64,000 nt of DNA, from contig OZ249440.1 in assembly GCA_965235115.1 (NCBI GenBank), forward strand, positions 34,598,001-34,662,000, written 5' to 3'. The notes beneath the pieces are model-generated. The model made no database searches. It was given only the letters and a program-made list of their open reading frames with translations, and was not told the DNA's origin. How positions within the stretch are numbered: position 1 is the first letter of the stretch; the number at the start of each line of letters is the position of its first letter. Positions 50,781-63,384 of this stretch are shown in pieces. The translations under genes and the position numbers were made by a program. Origin of the DNA: Laetmonice hystrix (lineage: Eukaryota).

Positions 50781-51780
50781 AGGCTGAGGATAATGGCGGG
50801 CAAATTCGAAAACGACAAAGACAGGGACGAAGCGATGAGTTACAGGACAAAAGATTTAGTGACAGGACACACCCTTCTGGTAGGCCTAATAAAGGCCCAA
50901 CTGGTGATATACAGTACAGTGCTGGCAATGACAGTAGTAGTAGTGAGACAGACTATGCTGTAGAGTGTCAAGCTCCATGTAGTGATAAACCTTATGATGA
51001 TGGGACAGACAAAGACCATGTTAAAAGGTACAATGGCAGTTGTGGCGTTAGTAATGACAGCCCTCAGGACAAACAAACCTCCGATAGTGTGGCAGTTGAA
51101 GCTGGTGAGGACGTTAATGTGGGTGATGTTGCTGATTGTGAAATAGATGATGGAGAGCTCAAAGACAGGAATGTAGAGGATAGCTACGTTAGAGCAATGA
51201 GCGAAGACAGTTGGTACGTGTACGGTGCAGTAGGCAGCAAGACCATCCAATGGTTGATAGACTCGGGATCGGGGCCGAATTTACTCGACATTAGTATGTA
51301 CAATGGCTTAGATCCTCTGACCAGACCACCCTTGATGCAGTGTTTAACTAACTTGCTGGCTGCTAATGGAACCAGACTACGAGTGTATGGGCAAGTTAGT
51401 GTCGGAGTACAGTTTGGCCCAATGTCTCTTGATGTCCCGGTAGTAGTGGTTGACTTAGGCGAGTTGCAGGGCATCCTGGGCAACAGGTTTATTCGGACAG
51501 CAGAGGATGTGACATTTGACCTAAGAAAGGGAACCATGACAATAGGGCCACACATAGAGTACCTTCACGAAACGGCCATGAAAAACAACTGTTACATCAG
51601 ACTGGAGCAGTCAGCAGAAGTACCAAGTAACCATGAAGTCCAGGTGATGGGAAGGGTCGGCCCAAACTGGCCGACTGCCACACACAACAAGGGGTTAATA
51701 GAGACAGTTGATGGGTTTAAACATAAAATTGGACTCATGGTTCCTGAAACTCTGGTGAGGGTTAGGCATGAGGTTGGTAG

Positions 51781-52215
51781 TGATGACTGTCCGGTTGATG
51801 TTTTTAACGGTCAGAGTTGTGACCAGTTGGTTGAGGTTAGTAGTGATAGTCAGCGTGATGACTCTCCAGTTGATGTTTTTCACGGCCAGAGTTGTGACCA
51901 GTTGGTTGAGGTTAGTAGTGATAGTCAGCGTGATGACTGTCCGGTTGATGTTTTTAACGGTCAGGGTTGTGACCAGTTGGATGAGGTTGGTAGTAATAGT
52001 CAGGGTGATAACTGTCCAGTTGGTGTTTTTAACGGTCAGAGTTGTGACCAGTTGGATGAGGTTGGTAGTGCTAGTCAGGATGATGACTGTCCGGTTGATG
52101 TTTTTAACGGTCAGGGTTGTGACCAGTTGGATGAGGTTGGTAGTAATAGTCAGGGTGATAACTGTCCAGTTGATGTTTTTAACGGTCAGAGTTGTGACCA
52201 GTTGGTTGAGGAGCA
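51781..52215 (+). repeat. In-frame 75-bp (25-aa) tandem repeat, about 6 copies
   Basis: DDCPVDVFNGQSCDQLVEVSSDSQR units at 51781, 51856, 51931, 52006, 52081 and 52156. Confidence 0.92.
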
Positions 52216-55200
52216 TAGTAACGTTAGTAGTGAAGGTGATGATTTGTTGGATTACCATGGTGGTGATCAACGTAACTGCACTGTAGATGATAGTCCCAGT
52301 GAGCTTAAGGTGACGGATAGGAACATATTTGTACCAAAAACCTATGCAAGGTTTGAAGGGTTCAGTGGTGTAATTCCAAAGTTACGGGATGCACAGAAAA
52401 GCATTGTGTTGTGCAGGGATAGCACGTTGAAATCAGGTGATACCTGTCAGAAACTTGTGGTTTTGTTTGTGTTTCTTGAACACTTGACGTCTTTATTTTG
52501 TGTGTCAATGTTGTGGATGGCCCAGAGTTTATTGAGGTACCTGTCATGTCTAGAGAAGGCTGTAAGTTTTGAAGTGGAGGATTTTGAAAGGTTGTTGCCC
52601 TGGAAGTTGAGTAGACCTAGGGAACGTCCATTGGGGCCAAGGAATGGGTTTAGGACCCAAGGCCAGGGATATGGAGTTGGTTCTATGGAGGAGCTTCAGG
52701 CAACAGATGAACCTTTATGTGATGATAGGGATAAGGCTATTCAGTATGGCACCCTAGTTACTGGCATAGTGTCAGGTTTGTTAGCGTATAGAGTCGCAGG
52801 CCTAAACATGACATTGACAAGACGTAATTTTGATGTGTACATGTACCGTGATGAACCAAAGATCCTGGCAACACGTAACCTGAGAGTGTTAGTTAGATGT
52901 GACCCAGACTTTGCGGAGAACCCCACTGAACACCGACCCCCAGTGATGATGATGGCTGACCATCACGGAGGCCGTCTACCTGATCCTGACACAGGTCACC
53001 TGGGAGATGTTTGCTACCTGGCTAGCCTGCAGATAGCAGAGGTAATGAGTGGACCTTGGAAGGTCCTGTGACGGACCAGAACGGAGGCCACCCACCCGAC
53101 ACATAGAAGTCCAGAAGGGAGATGGAAAAAAACTTCAGGCCTGCCCCCGTCGTCGCCATGCAACACCACCACAAGGATGACGTTGGAGATGCACCAACTA
53201 TACTGCAGGAGGGTTTGGTAATGTTTGAGGTATGTCTCAGAGTGGTCATTTGAGAACCCTGTGTAAGTTGGTTTTAACTTGTGTTATGTAACAAGTGTGT
53301 CTCAGAAGTGGTTAAAACCCAGTGTAGGATTGTGTTCAGTATGTTTTCAGGTATGCCTCAGAGTGGTGATTTGAGAACCCTGTGTAAGATTTTGTTTAAC
53401 TTGTGCTATGTAATAAGTGTGTCTCAAAAGTGGTTATTTGAGAACCCTGTGTAAGTTTGTTTTAACTTGTGTTATGTAACAAGTGTGTCTCAAAAGTGGT
53501 TATTTGAAAACCAAGTGTAGGATATTGTTTATAGCATGTTTACATGTTTAGCATGTTTCAAAGTGGTTATTTGATACCCCGGTGCAAGGATTTGTTTCTC
53601 AAAGCGATTATGTAAAGACCCAGTGAAGCCCTTACAAGTGTGTTTCAAGGTGGTTATTTAAAAACCAGGTGGAGGACTTTTAACTTGTTGACAAACTGTT
53701 TGGGTTATTCAAGCCCCTGGTACAGACTCTATGGATAGTAATTGTTTTATTGTTAAGGGGCGCTTGAAGTGTAAAGGTAGCGCTGTGTTTTGTAATTGAC
53801 AGTCTCAGTAGAGTTTGAGGACGTATTTACTCTCAATTTTGTGACCGTTTTCTTATTATTTACTTAGCGCAATGCGAGGCCGCATTGGTCCAGGTGGGGG
53901 GCAGTGAAACGGTCACGCTTGTTAAAGTAGCTTTTTCACTTTTAACATTTATCATACTAGTTGTAATGCTGCCAAACTCTAGTGTCTGGCGTGATTGGTT
54001 TAACTTCACCCTCTCCCAGTTCTATTTTACAAGTGGCCTCCCTGAAACGTTATTTTTATAGCCCACTCTTTGATGTTTGTAATCCGTCCGGCGCCCGGGA
54101 ACGCCATGTTTGTGTGCATTTAGTGACTGAGGTACGGAACCCACACTGCATGCTGGGTCACTGAAAGAAACTTTATTTTGTTAAACCGTTAAAAATGCTT
54201 AGGCTGGTTGCATATTGGTAAGTTATTTAAGTGTAATATTTTATAGCTTTTAAACCAATTAAGGTGCTGTTTTGTTTTACCGGGTATACCCCTTTTTGTC
54301 TCTGCCAATGAGGAGACCGTCTTTAACTTTGGCAGGCGGGGGAGTGCACCCCTGCCCCGGCAGTGTGCCAACCCGGGCACGACCCACCTGGCCCCCAGGC
54401 CGCTATATAAGCAGGGCGCACGCAGCGCCCGGGAGGGGGAATAGATAGACAGACCCCTCGCGTAGATACGGACGGCAGGAAGGGGGAGACAGACAGACCT
54501 CTCAGATAGACACACACATTGATCAGAAAAAGGCAGACCCTGCACCTACAATACATAGCCTCCGGACTTATACATTTACACCAACCCGAACTTTTACTAC
54601 GATTGACTACTAACTAAAATATTCCTCACCCACCTCCGAACTTTGGATTCACTCACGCACAAGGACCACCAGATTGGTGTAGAACCCCGATTTTGACTGT
54701 ATTCTTCACCCACCTCCGAACTTTGGATTCACTCACGCACAAGGACCACCAGATTGGTGTAGAACCCCGGTTTTGACTGTGAGGATTGCCCAGGTTCGTA
54801 TATATCAGTACAGAGTATTACGGTTGGTAGTAGATTATTGTATGTATAGGTATGCATATGTCCGTTCGTTTTAGGAAGGTAAAGTTGTTGAAGTGAACGA
54901 TATGTGGTAGATCATAAATGCCAAAGATCATTTGTTAAGACGTATGCCATTTGTTTGTTAGTGATGATAGAGCGGTTGACCAAGATGAAGAGTAGATCTC
55001 TGTATCATTGTCTGATCATTAAGATAACCTTGTGCGTTGTGATTAATGTATATTTCATGATTGAGTATTAATTAAAACGTCTATTTTTATATATATCAGT
55101 CTTTACGTTGTTGGTTCTCACAGTGCATGTTATGCCATCCAGTGATCGAGCCCAGTTGTCCCCCGCGTAATTTAACTGAACACAACGAGAAGTACGCCAT

Positions 55201-56049
55201 TGGTTATGCCCCTTACCCAGTTACCGTTACATCTTTGGTAACTCGTAACCACGGTTTAAAAAAAATCCCTAAGTAGCGAAAAACGCTACACTAGTATTGG
55301 GGCTGGCACTGCATTTACTGCAAACCAACCCCTTCAACTCACGTCAAAACAACACCTTTACATGCACAGTAGGCGACTTCACACTTCGGGTATATCAGTT
55401 ATGTCACGGCTTTATCCCAAAGTCCACTTGCCCTTTAGAAGTCCTCACATCAAAACAACACCGTTACACAATAGTTCTCAGTTCTGGTGTAACAGTTATG
55501 TCGCGGCATCAACTCAAGGAAAACAGCTTTTGTTTTTTCGGCCAATGAAATTCCACCAAAATGTGTGAACCAACGCCAATTCTGTATATAAAGTCCCCAG
55601 TCCGTGCATAGACATCAGACTTCAGCTGGACACCTAACATGGATAATTGCTTAGCTTGTGGAACACGTGTTCATGAACGACAACAGGGAATCCTTTGCGA
55701 TGGTCCTTGTCAACGTTGGATCCACAGAACCTGTGGAACAGGGATCAGCCAGGACCAGTACAGACAGATGCGGAAGCGTATGTATACTTTTATTCAATCC
55801 AATTGATTAGATTGTAGCAGGGTACGGACCTTTCTCCGTACCAGGTAGGTTAAACTGATAGGCCTAAACTAAGGCTAAACTGAATATTTATTATATATGG
55901 CTAGTTCAATATTCAGTAGCCCCTATACTGACGTCAACACCACCAACGATAGGCCTAGTCTTTTTAGTGTTACCGGTCCAGGCTATATTGGTATATATCT
56001 GCATAACGTGGCAGTAAATGGCGGGAAGCGTAGGGGCCTAGCTAGGCCT

Positions 56050-56603
56050 ATATTATACAAATATTGGATGGCGGCGAGTCCACTATACAGTTTACGGGAC
56101 GAAGAAAAGCGATAATGGACGAGGCAAAGCCGAGTCCATTATCGCTTTTCAGAGTCCCGTAAACTGTATAGTGGACGAGCTGCCATCCAACACTTGCTAT
56201 ATTATACACCTATAGAGGTTAGGGCCTAAGTAAAATATTGATAATCCCATATATAAATAAAGTCGAGAACACCCGCTTATGAAAATTATGTAGGTTAAAC
56301 TTTAATGAACACATTTTCTGTAACCATGGTCAATGTGACAATTGGACACATTAACTTTAGAACCCCATTAACTAGTTACTATACTTAAATTCATCTTATC
56401 TTATCCATCTTATCATCTAGAATTAGCCTGGGCAGCCGGGCAGGACTGCTCTTATCATTTAGATCTACTTTGACGTCGTCTCTATGGTTTCCAGAGCGAA
56501 CCGTCCAATATCGTATTTTACCATCCAATATCAAAATTTTCGGGACGGTCACGTGGTACAAATGGACCAATCAGATTGCTTAGCTGGGCCAGGTGTATAA
56601 TAT
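56050..56603. mobile_element. Crypton-like non-autonomous element with a long hairpin, in intron 1
   Basis: About 130-bp foldback at 56063-56192 centred on cgaggcaaagccgag; ends tattatac...gtataata; ccaatcag motif. Family call is inference. Confidence 0.55.
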
Positions 56604-57567
56604 AGAGTTATAAGGTTTACTGCTTATGGATTTGGGTTTCCTGGGTCGGACAATATTAATGGCCGCTTTCAGCAAAGTCGTGCACACTATAAGTGGGATA
56701 CCCCTAATACATGTAAGCCCTACATGAATATTAATGGCCCCGTGTATACCTAAATATGTACGTGTATGTATGTATTTTTTTTACCTTGTTCATTTCCATG
56801 CATAGATTAAGAATCTCCAATTTATTTTGAATTTGCATGTATACCTTTCTAGCACATTTATAGTAGACATACGTTCTGAGGCATTCCTCTCCCTTGTATT
56901 TATATAGGTATTCTGGAGCTAGAATGGAAATGTCCCACCTGCAGCCTCACAAACACGGATGTCTCGCCGGACCCCCCGTCCCGTCCTCCACGATCTCAGC
57001 AGATTGACATGACACCACCAAGATTGTCAACGGGTACAACGGAACTAATTACAGTTGAACCCCGCTTGGTGCCCTACTCAGACTCAGAGCAGTCCGATGA
57101 TGAGGTAAATGGACATGTTTGTTTCGCCTTTCTTAAAGGGTATTGTTTTAATCTAATATATATGCATATGTTGTCAATAAACTATCTCTATAGTGCACTT
57201 GTATGTTTTTTTCCTGAAATTAACCATGGTCACTGGCATGCGAACTTAGAATTGTATTTTATATGAACAATTGTTTTGTTTCAGCCTGCCATGTCTCGCC
57301 TAGAGGATTTCTCCCCCATTCGACCAGCACACTCTCCACCTCCCAGCCCACCACAGGCCACTCCCTTGGAGAGTACAGGGATAGACAACCTGGAGTTAGG
57401 CAGCTTTACCGAGCCTACCGTCCACCATGAGCCCTCCCTGATCGAACCGCGCGGTTTTGCTGAACCCAAGGACGACCGTCCGGACTGGGAGTTTGCCATC
57501 GTCTCTGGGTCCAGTATCCGTGGCAAAGACAAGCTCATCGATGTTCATGGGTACGTTGTAATTAAGG

Positions 57568-57967
57568 TATAGGCGTGCAAGTCTCGCGTCCTTGACCCCT
57601 AAATGATCCGAAATAGCCTCGAAACGCGTCACGTTGGTCCCTAAACGATTGTTACGTCACAATTTCTCCATTGGTTTAACATGGGATGAGAAAACACACT
57701 TTCAAACATCGACCAGATTTTTGTCAGTTTTGACATCTAAGACATGAAATGTATTCTTTCATACGTAAAACAGGTTGGTGCTCTTGTTTTGTAAGTTACA
57801 AGAATGAAAGCGCCCTAACTATGAAATAATAATATTTAGAAGTTGAGAGTTGCCGGCTCCTATGGGAGTCACAATGCTAAAGCGACGAGGTTACGACACG
57901 TGAGGACCAGAGCCGGCCGTTCTCGGGTTTCCTCATGTTTTCTCTTGACCCACTTGCACACCCTATA
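57568..57967. mobile_element. TIR MITE in a MULE intron
   Basis: tataggcgtgcaagt / acttgcacaccctata. Confidence 0.5.
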
Positions 57968-59720
57968 GCGGACGATATGCCACATTGGTTGTTGAAACTT
58001 GAAATTTCCTACAGGCTACACATTCAGGGAATAGTTGTGGCACTGCCATTGTTGATTTAATTGATCTAGTTATTAAAATGATGACCAGATGGTTGATTTA
58101 ATTATTAAAATGATACCATATATGTTTGCACATAACAGCGATTGCACATAACTCAATGTACGAAAATGTAACAATGGTTCGCCTTATTATTTTTTTAAAA
58201 AGGAACCGTCACCATATATTAACGACAGTTCTTGCCCTTACTGTGTGGGCAGCACAGGTACCAGGTACTGGAAGTGTACTGTGCGCAACAAGTCAATTTA
58301 CTGTAAGGCAACAGTGACCCAACGTGGAGAGGATTGTTTTATTCGGGGTCCTCAAAATCACATCCATCAGCCCGAGGATGGTGCATTGGTAAAGGCACAG
58401 GTGATAACCCGAGCCAAGGAAGTGGCCACTGATGAACCTTTCAGGTGTGTATATCATAGCCCATCATCGGTACAGAAAAAAAAGAAAAATGTATGAACAG
58501 AAATTTCATACTAAACTATATTACATGTACATAAAATTATGTTATATCGGTAATTTACAACTGATTAGCGCTAGATTACAGTACCAATATCAAGAGAATG
58601 ACTTATATGATTTGATCATGTTAACTGAATGCTATAAATATTATAAATATTATAATAATTATGATTTACAGGGCTGCTGCTGCAATTGTGGAGGAGGAGC
58701 TGCAGCGGGTGGGGCCCCAGCCAGGTCTGCCCAATCCAGACAATCTAGCAAGAGCTGCTAACTATGCCCGTCAGAGGTTAAGGGCTCCGGACCCTACAGA
58801 TTTAGATTTTGATCTTTACCCAGGTATGTAGTAGTTAGTATACCATTAATATCATATAAGATCTTGTACACAATTGTAGCCTACATATGTCGCAATAGAT
58901 CTATAAATAACAAATTAAGCAAGTACATTCACAATCACCTATACTATGAATTTATACAAATAGCCGGTTATATAATACAGCCAATTATAAGTAAAAAATG
59001 ACATGTAATAGGACTAAATGTTAAATTGTTTCGTTTTTAGGTCAGACACCAGAAGGCTTCCTCTTGGCAGATGTCGAAATGGATGACGGTGCCCGGCACT
59101 TGGTCTGGGCTACCCAGGAGCAGCTGGAAGTGCTAGCCACTGCCGTGAGGTGGTATGTGGACGGTACCTTTAAGATAATAAAGAAACCGTTTACACAGCT
59201 CTGGTCAATCCACGCCTTTGTCAAGCAAGGCGATTGCACCAAGCAACTACCTTTGGTTTTTGTATTCATGAGTAGGCGTCAACGGGCAGATTACATAGCA
59301 GTCCTCCAGGCCATCAAGGACAAGCTACAGGAACTAGGCCTACTTGACGGCGAAGACCTCAAAGTAAGTATTAAATCTCACCATAAATTTCAACCCATGT
59401 AAGCGGGCCATTTTAGATAGATCTGGCAATAATACTACTGGTTTCTGAGTGGAGTAGCATCTGAGAATGATAAAAGCGATGTTATGATTCTTTAAGGCGG
59501 TACGAGATAATACACTGTAAGCCTACTGAGACTTATACAAATAGTGATGTGGTTTATTCTATTTCTAGGTTCGGGAGTTTGTATGCGATTTTGAGTCAGC
59601 CCTGTGGGGAGCTGTACCAGAGGTGTTTGCTGGGGTGCCGGTCCGTGGCTGCAGCTTCCACTTCACACAGGCAGGTATAATTTTGATGATGACTAACTTC
59701 AACATTACACGGTGAGGATA

Positions 59721-60577
59721 TATCGGGTGGATAAAAAAAAACGCCCCGAACTTTAAACTTCAATATCTCAAAAAGTAATGATTGTAATTCAATGAAATTT
59801 TTCTTAATATCACTTCATGATGTTGTCTCTTAGTTGTTAATGTTACAACTCAATAGCTTGGATAATATTTCCGTGGGGCTTAAAACAAAAATCATTGTAC
59901 AAAAGCGCAATGCCGGCCTAAAGCGAGTGGTAGTCGCACCCAGAGTCCATGGCCTCACACTAGAGTAGGTGGTCAATCGGTCCCCCGTTTTCACTCCATA
60001 CTGCTCTCAGTCTCTTTTTCCATGAGCCAATGCACTTCCTGATCTCTGATAGGGAAATATCTTGCCAACATTGGGAAATACGAAACGTTCTGAATGTGTT
60101 GCTAAACGTGATAATGATACGATTTCCCTTGAACTTCTCCTTACAGTCATATCATCTTAAGGTTGCAGTTTCTGTGTAGGGTTTGGCACATTAAACATCT
60201 CTTTTTCTCTAAAAGTACTAGGAATAGCACATATTTTATTAAATCTAGTGGCCCACAACATTATACATATTGTAAAACATGCAAAAACTAAATTTTGATT
60301 TTTCAAAACCAAGGTACAATGCGGTGCATCAAACAGGTGTCAAATTGGACACCTGGCAGCGGCATGATATTTGACCTAATTCCGGCATTGCGATTTTAGA
60401 CACTGATTTTTGTTTTTAGCGCCACGGGATTAATATCAAAGCTATTGAGCTGAAACTTTAACATACCAGAGATAATATCATGAAGTGATATTGAGAGAAA
60501 TCTTATTGAATTATAATGCATAGTTTTTGAAATATTAAAGTTTAAAGTTCGGGGCGTTTTTTTTTATCCACCCGATA
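59721..60577. mobile_element. Tc1/mariner-type MITE, copy B (inverted relative to copy A)
   Basis: Same TIRs and TA flanks; reverse complement of 16760-17576 with about 40 extra bp. Confidence 0.87.
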
Positions 60578-60690
60578 TATACATCTATGTATCAGAAAAA
60601 TCCTACCATAGACCAAATTAAACATGATAAGTAGGAGGCCATTATGTCTATATGATGTAGAGTTTACACAATCAAGATACTGTACAAGTA

Positions 60691-61326
60691 TCGTCTGGCT
60701 GCGACGAGCGGCAATGTTTAGTAGCCAAAACCCCGGAAGCCTAATGAGGGTTTAAGTATGTTACCCCCTGGAAGTCCATAACCCGCGCATGCGCACACAC
60801 ACCCCCTATATAAGTCAACGTAACCCCACGAGGCGCTCTCTTATCACGCGGCCTTCAGTATGTTCAGTCAGGTGGAACACAGTGAGCATTACCCGCTCCG
60901 GACTGTTATGGTGGGTGACTTGGTGTAGTGTGTGTGAACTCCAGGGTCAGTCTCTTTTATCTTTATGTAACCCCCTTTGACTCCACGCTGTTGTAATCCA
61001 CTGTACTGTATGTTTAATTAATACCATGTGACTCAGGCCGGTGCCATTGTATATTCGGACCGTTTTCTAAATTGCACCCGGCCTGACCATCCTACCTCAA
61101 CTCAAGAATAAATGTTTTGAACTTCAGTCGCCTTCGTCATCGTCCCATATGTTATCTTAACTTTAACTCTCATTTATCTTGTATCGTATCCTCTGATGTC
61201 TCCGTCAGTACAGATGGAGCTCAGGGCTGTAATTACCGTTCGTATCACCATCCTACTCGGTACCTAGCTCTCCCCCCTTCTTTAAACGTAAATTAGTAAT
61301 CAGGACAACAAAAACGGTGATACGAA
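60691..61326 (+). mobile_element. Unclassified 636-bp LTR-like insertion with a 7-bp flanking direct repeat
   Basis: acaagta at 60684-60690 and 61327-61333; internal ccggaag, gcgcatgcgc, ctatataag and aataaa. Confidence 0.55.
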
Positions 61327-62647
61327 ACAAGTATACATTACTGTATAATATAGGTCCAATGTATGACCATTATGATTATCATGGCAGTGCAAATTTGCCG
61401 TTATGACATGTGTTCCAGATACTACAGTTTGGCCTCTCGGCACAGTACCGACGAGACGAGACATGCAGGATGTTTTGTCGCCAAATCATGTCGCTATGCA
61501 TGTTGCCTCATGAACACATCAGGCCAGTGTTTGAGGCACTAGCGGCAAACGTCACTGGACCAGCCTACACCAACCTCATCACCTACTTCAGGAACACATG
61601 GCTCGAATCCTCCGTCTGGACCCCATCACAGTGGTAAGTTAGAATTGGTACCCAATTTGTTGACAGTTGAAATCTTTACAGTAAGAACTAAGATAAATAA
61701 CCGGGAATAAAAAAAATAAATCCAGCGACAAGAACAAAAATATAGTCACCACTATTACCGGTAGTCTATGCCATATAACTTTCTGGTACCGGGGTACCCT
61801 GGATTTTTTCAACGTACGGTTTTCTGTGTTTTGATAAAGAGACTAAAAATGTTTACATAAAGCCAAAAATGAAAGTGTGGGTGATTAAATAACAGGAATT
61901 TTGTGTAGAATTAACAGATCTGTATAATAAAATATTACATTACTGGGCTTCCGCTAGCCGTTCGCCACGTTCGCATTGGCGAAAAACACAGTAAAATGGC
62001 GAAAGAAAATATTGCAAAAAATACCATATTTTCGCCACACTGGCAAATAGAAAAATTCCCAGAAAGGCAAGGAAATTCTTGCCATCAGAACGCACACCGC
62101 CATCACAACATGTTGACACAAGCCGACATGTTGGATGATGCTATACACACGAATATTCGTGCTCATAAGGTACTTGTAGCCAATAGGATTACGTCTCTGG
62201 CTTGTACGTGTATGCACGAAAGTTCTACCGCTCAGCAAGTCAGTGGTCGTTCGTGCGTATAGCTGTTGGCTAGGCCAGGGGTGTGCAAGCGATGAACACC
62301 TGATGATGTCGTATTCATTGAGATCATTTACACTTTATTCGAGCAGTTACACTACAGTATAATAAAGAATTGTTGTTTTGTAGTATTTTTTTTTCCAATA
62401 TAGGAGGACGGCGTGTCCCAGTGCCATTTTACTGACATCCGATCAGTTTGTTTAGATCTACGTGTTGAACAAGTCCCCAGTCAAGTGCTTGGTTCCTAGG
62501 GTTATGTAGCCGATGTTCGATTACATGCCTAATCGATCATTTCCCGCGTTGAAAAGGCCAAGTCAAAGAACGTCATAGGCTAGCGTCATGACGTTCTTTG
62601 GCCAAGTTAACGATTCAGCATCACGCCATTAGTGCTTTTGAATTGAA

Positions 62648-63087
62648 ATGGCACATCAGGTTACACTAGCGACCTTTTGAAAGACCTCACAGCCACAGGG
62701 AATAAAAAGAAAAATAACGACCGAAGAGAAGAGGTACGCAAGGGATGGGAACAGAAAGATCAAGCAGGAGTGGTACGATGAGTTTAGGTGGCTGGTATAC
62801 GACTCAAAAAAAATACATTCTATTGTACGGACTGCAATCAGGCAAAAAGGAAGAATGTGTTTACCACAGGCAAAGATGCGACCAAGCCGAAAAAGGATGA
62901 TTTGAAGAAACATGAAAAATCTGAAGACCACAAATGGGCCCAGCAGGGGAAAAAACTGCAACCACAGATGCAACAGGCAGCATCCAATGCATATTCAGCA
63001 GTTAAAGATGGAGTGGTGGCACAGATGGCCAAGGCAGACATCCCGATTCACACAAATTCCTCTCTTCTTGAACTGCAAATTTTCAAT
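62648..63087 (+). pseudogene. ZNF862-like hAT transposase N-terminus (TTF-type zinc finger)
   Basis: RKIKQEWYDEFRWLVY / FYCTDC..FTTG..LKKHEKSEDH, with a stop and a frameshift. Confidence 0.75.
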
Positions 63088-63384
63088 GTAAGTGTGAATA
63101 ACAATTTTAATACATATCATCGAGAGGGAGAACGAGAGTCCTATTTTGCCTCCTGGATCCCAATCATTTTGGCTCATTCCTGGACCTAGGCCTACTTGTA
63201 TTTTTATTGGCCCTCTGGCCTCAGAGAGATTTTCCTAATTTCCCAGACCTAAAGCTTGTCCTGAATCTCATAACCAGAACATTCTCAAAAAGTCTATCAC
63301 CCGTTTCATTATAACATACAGAGTAGAATTTTATTGTGGATATGTTTATGCAGTGTAGGCTAGCTAATGGGACACTTTCATTTA

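Larger units (their letters stand above)
47383..55231 (+). mobile_element. Gypsy-like element B: gag, protease and repeat-containing ORF; RT/RNase H/integrase deleted; 3' LTR
   Basis: Gag 49460-50750 (KEPMKYNGK..YLGHF..NQWS, MFIKGL, CYRCHRMGHYSREC); protease WLIDSGS; PPT ggtggggggcag; LTR 53905-55231 (tgaaacgg...ccgttaca). Left boundary uncertain. Confidence 0.85.
55639..61633 (+). pseudogene. Multi-exon PHD-FLYWCH-MULE transposase gene, 3' end missing
   Basis: TATA near 55586 and ATG at 55639. PHD CLAC..CDGPCQRWIHRTC..WKCPTC; FLYWCH YWKCTVRNKSIYCKATV..HIH; MULE WYVDGTF, VCDFE, GCSFHFTQA, YFRNTWL. About 8 GT-AG exons. Confidence 0.88.

Noticed and set aside
51695..52286. Alternative-frame hydrophobic or Thr-rich repeat ORFs
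   Set aside because: They are shadows of the 75-bp repeat.
61190..61330. Hammerhead ribozyme (ctgatg...cgaaac)
   Set aside because: The core reads CUGAUGU rather than CUGAUGA, and GAAA does not follow the candidate stem II.
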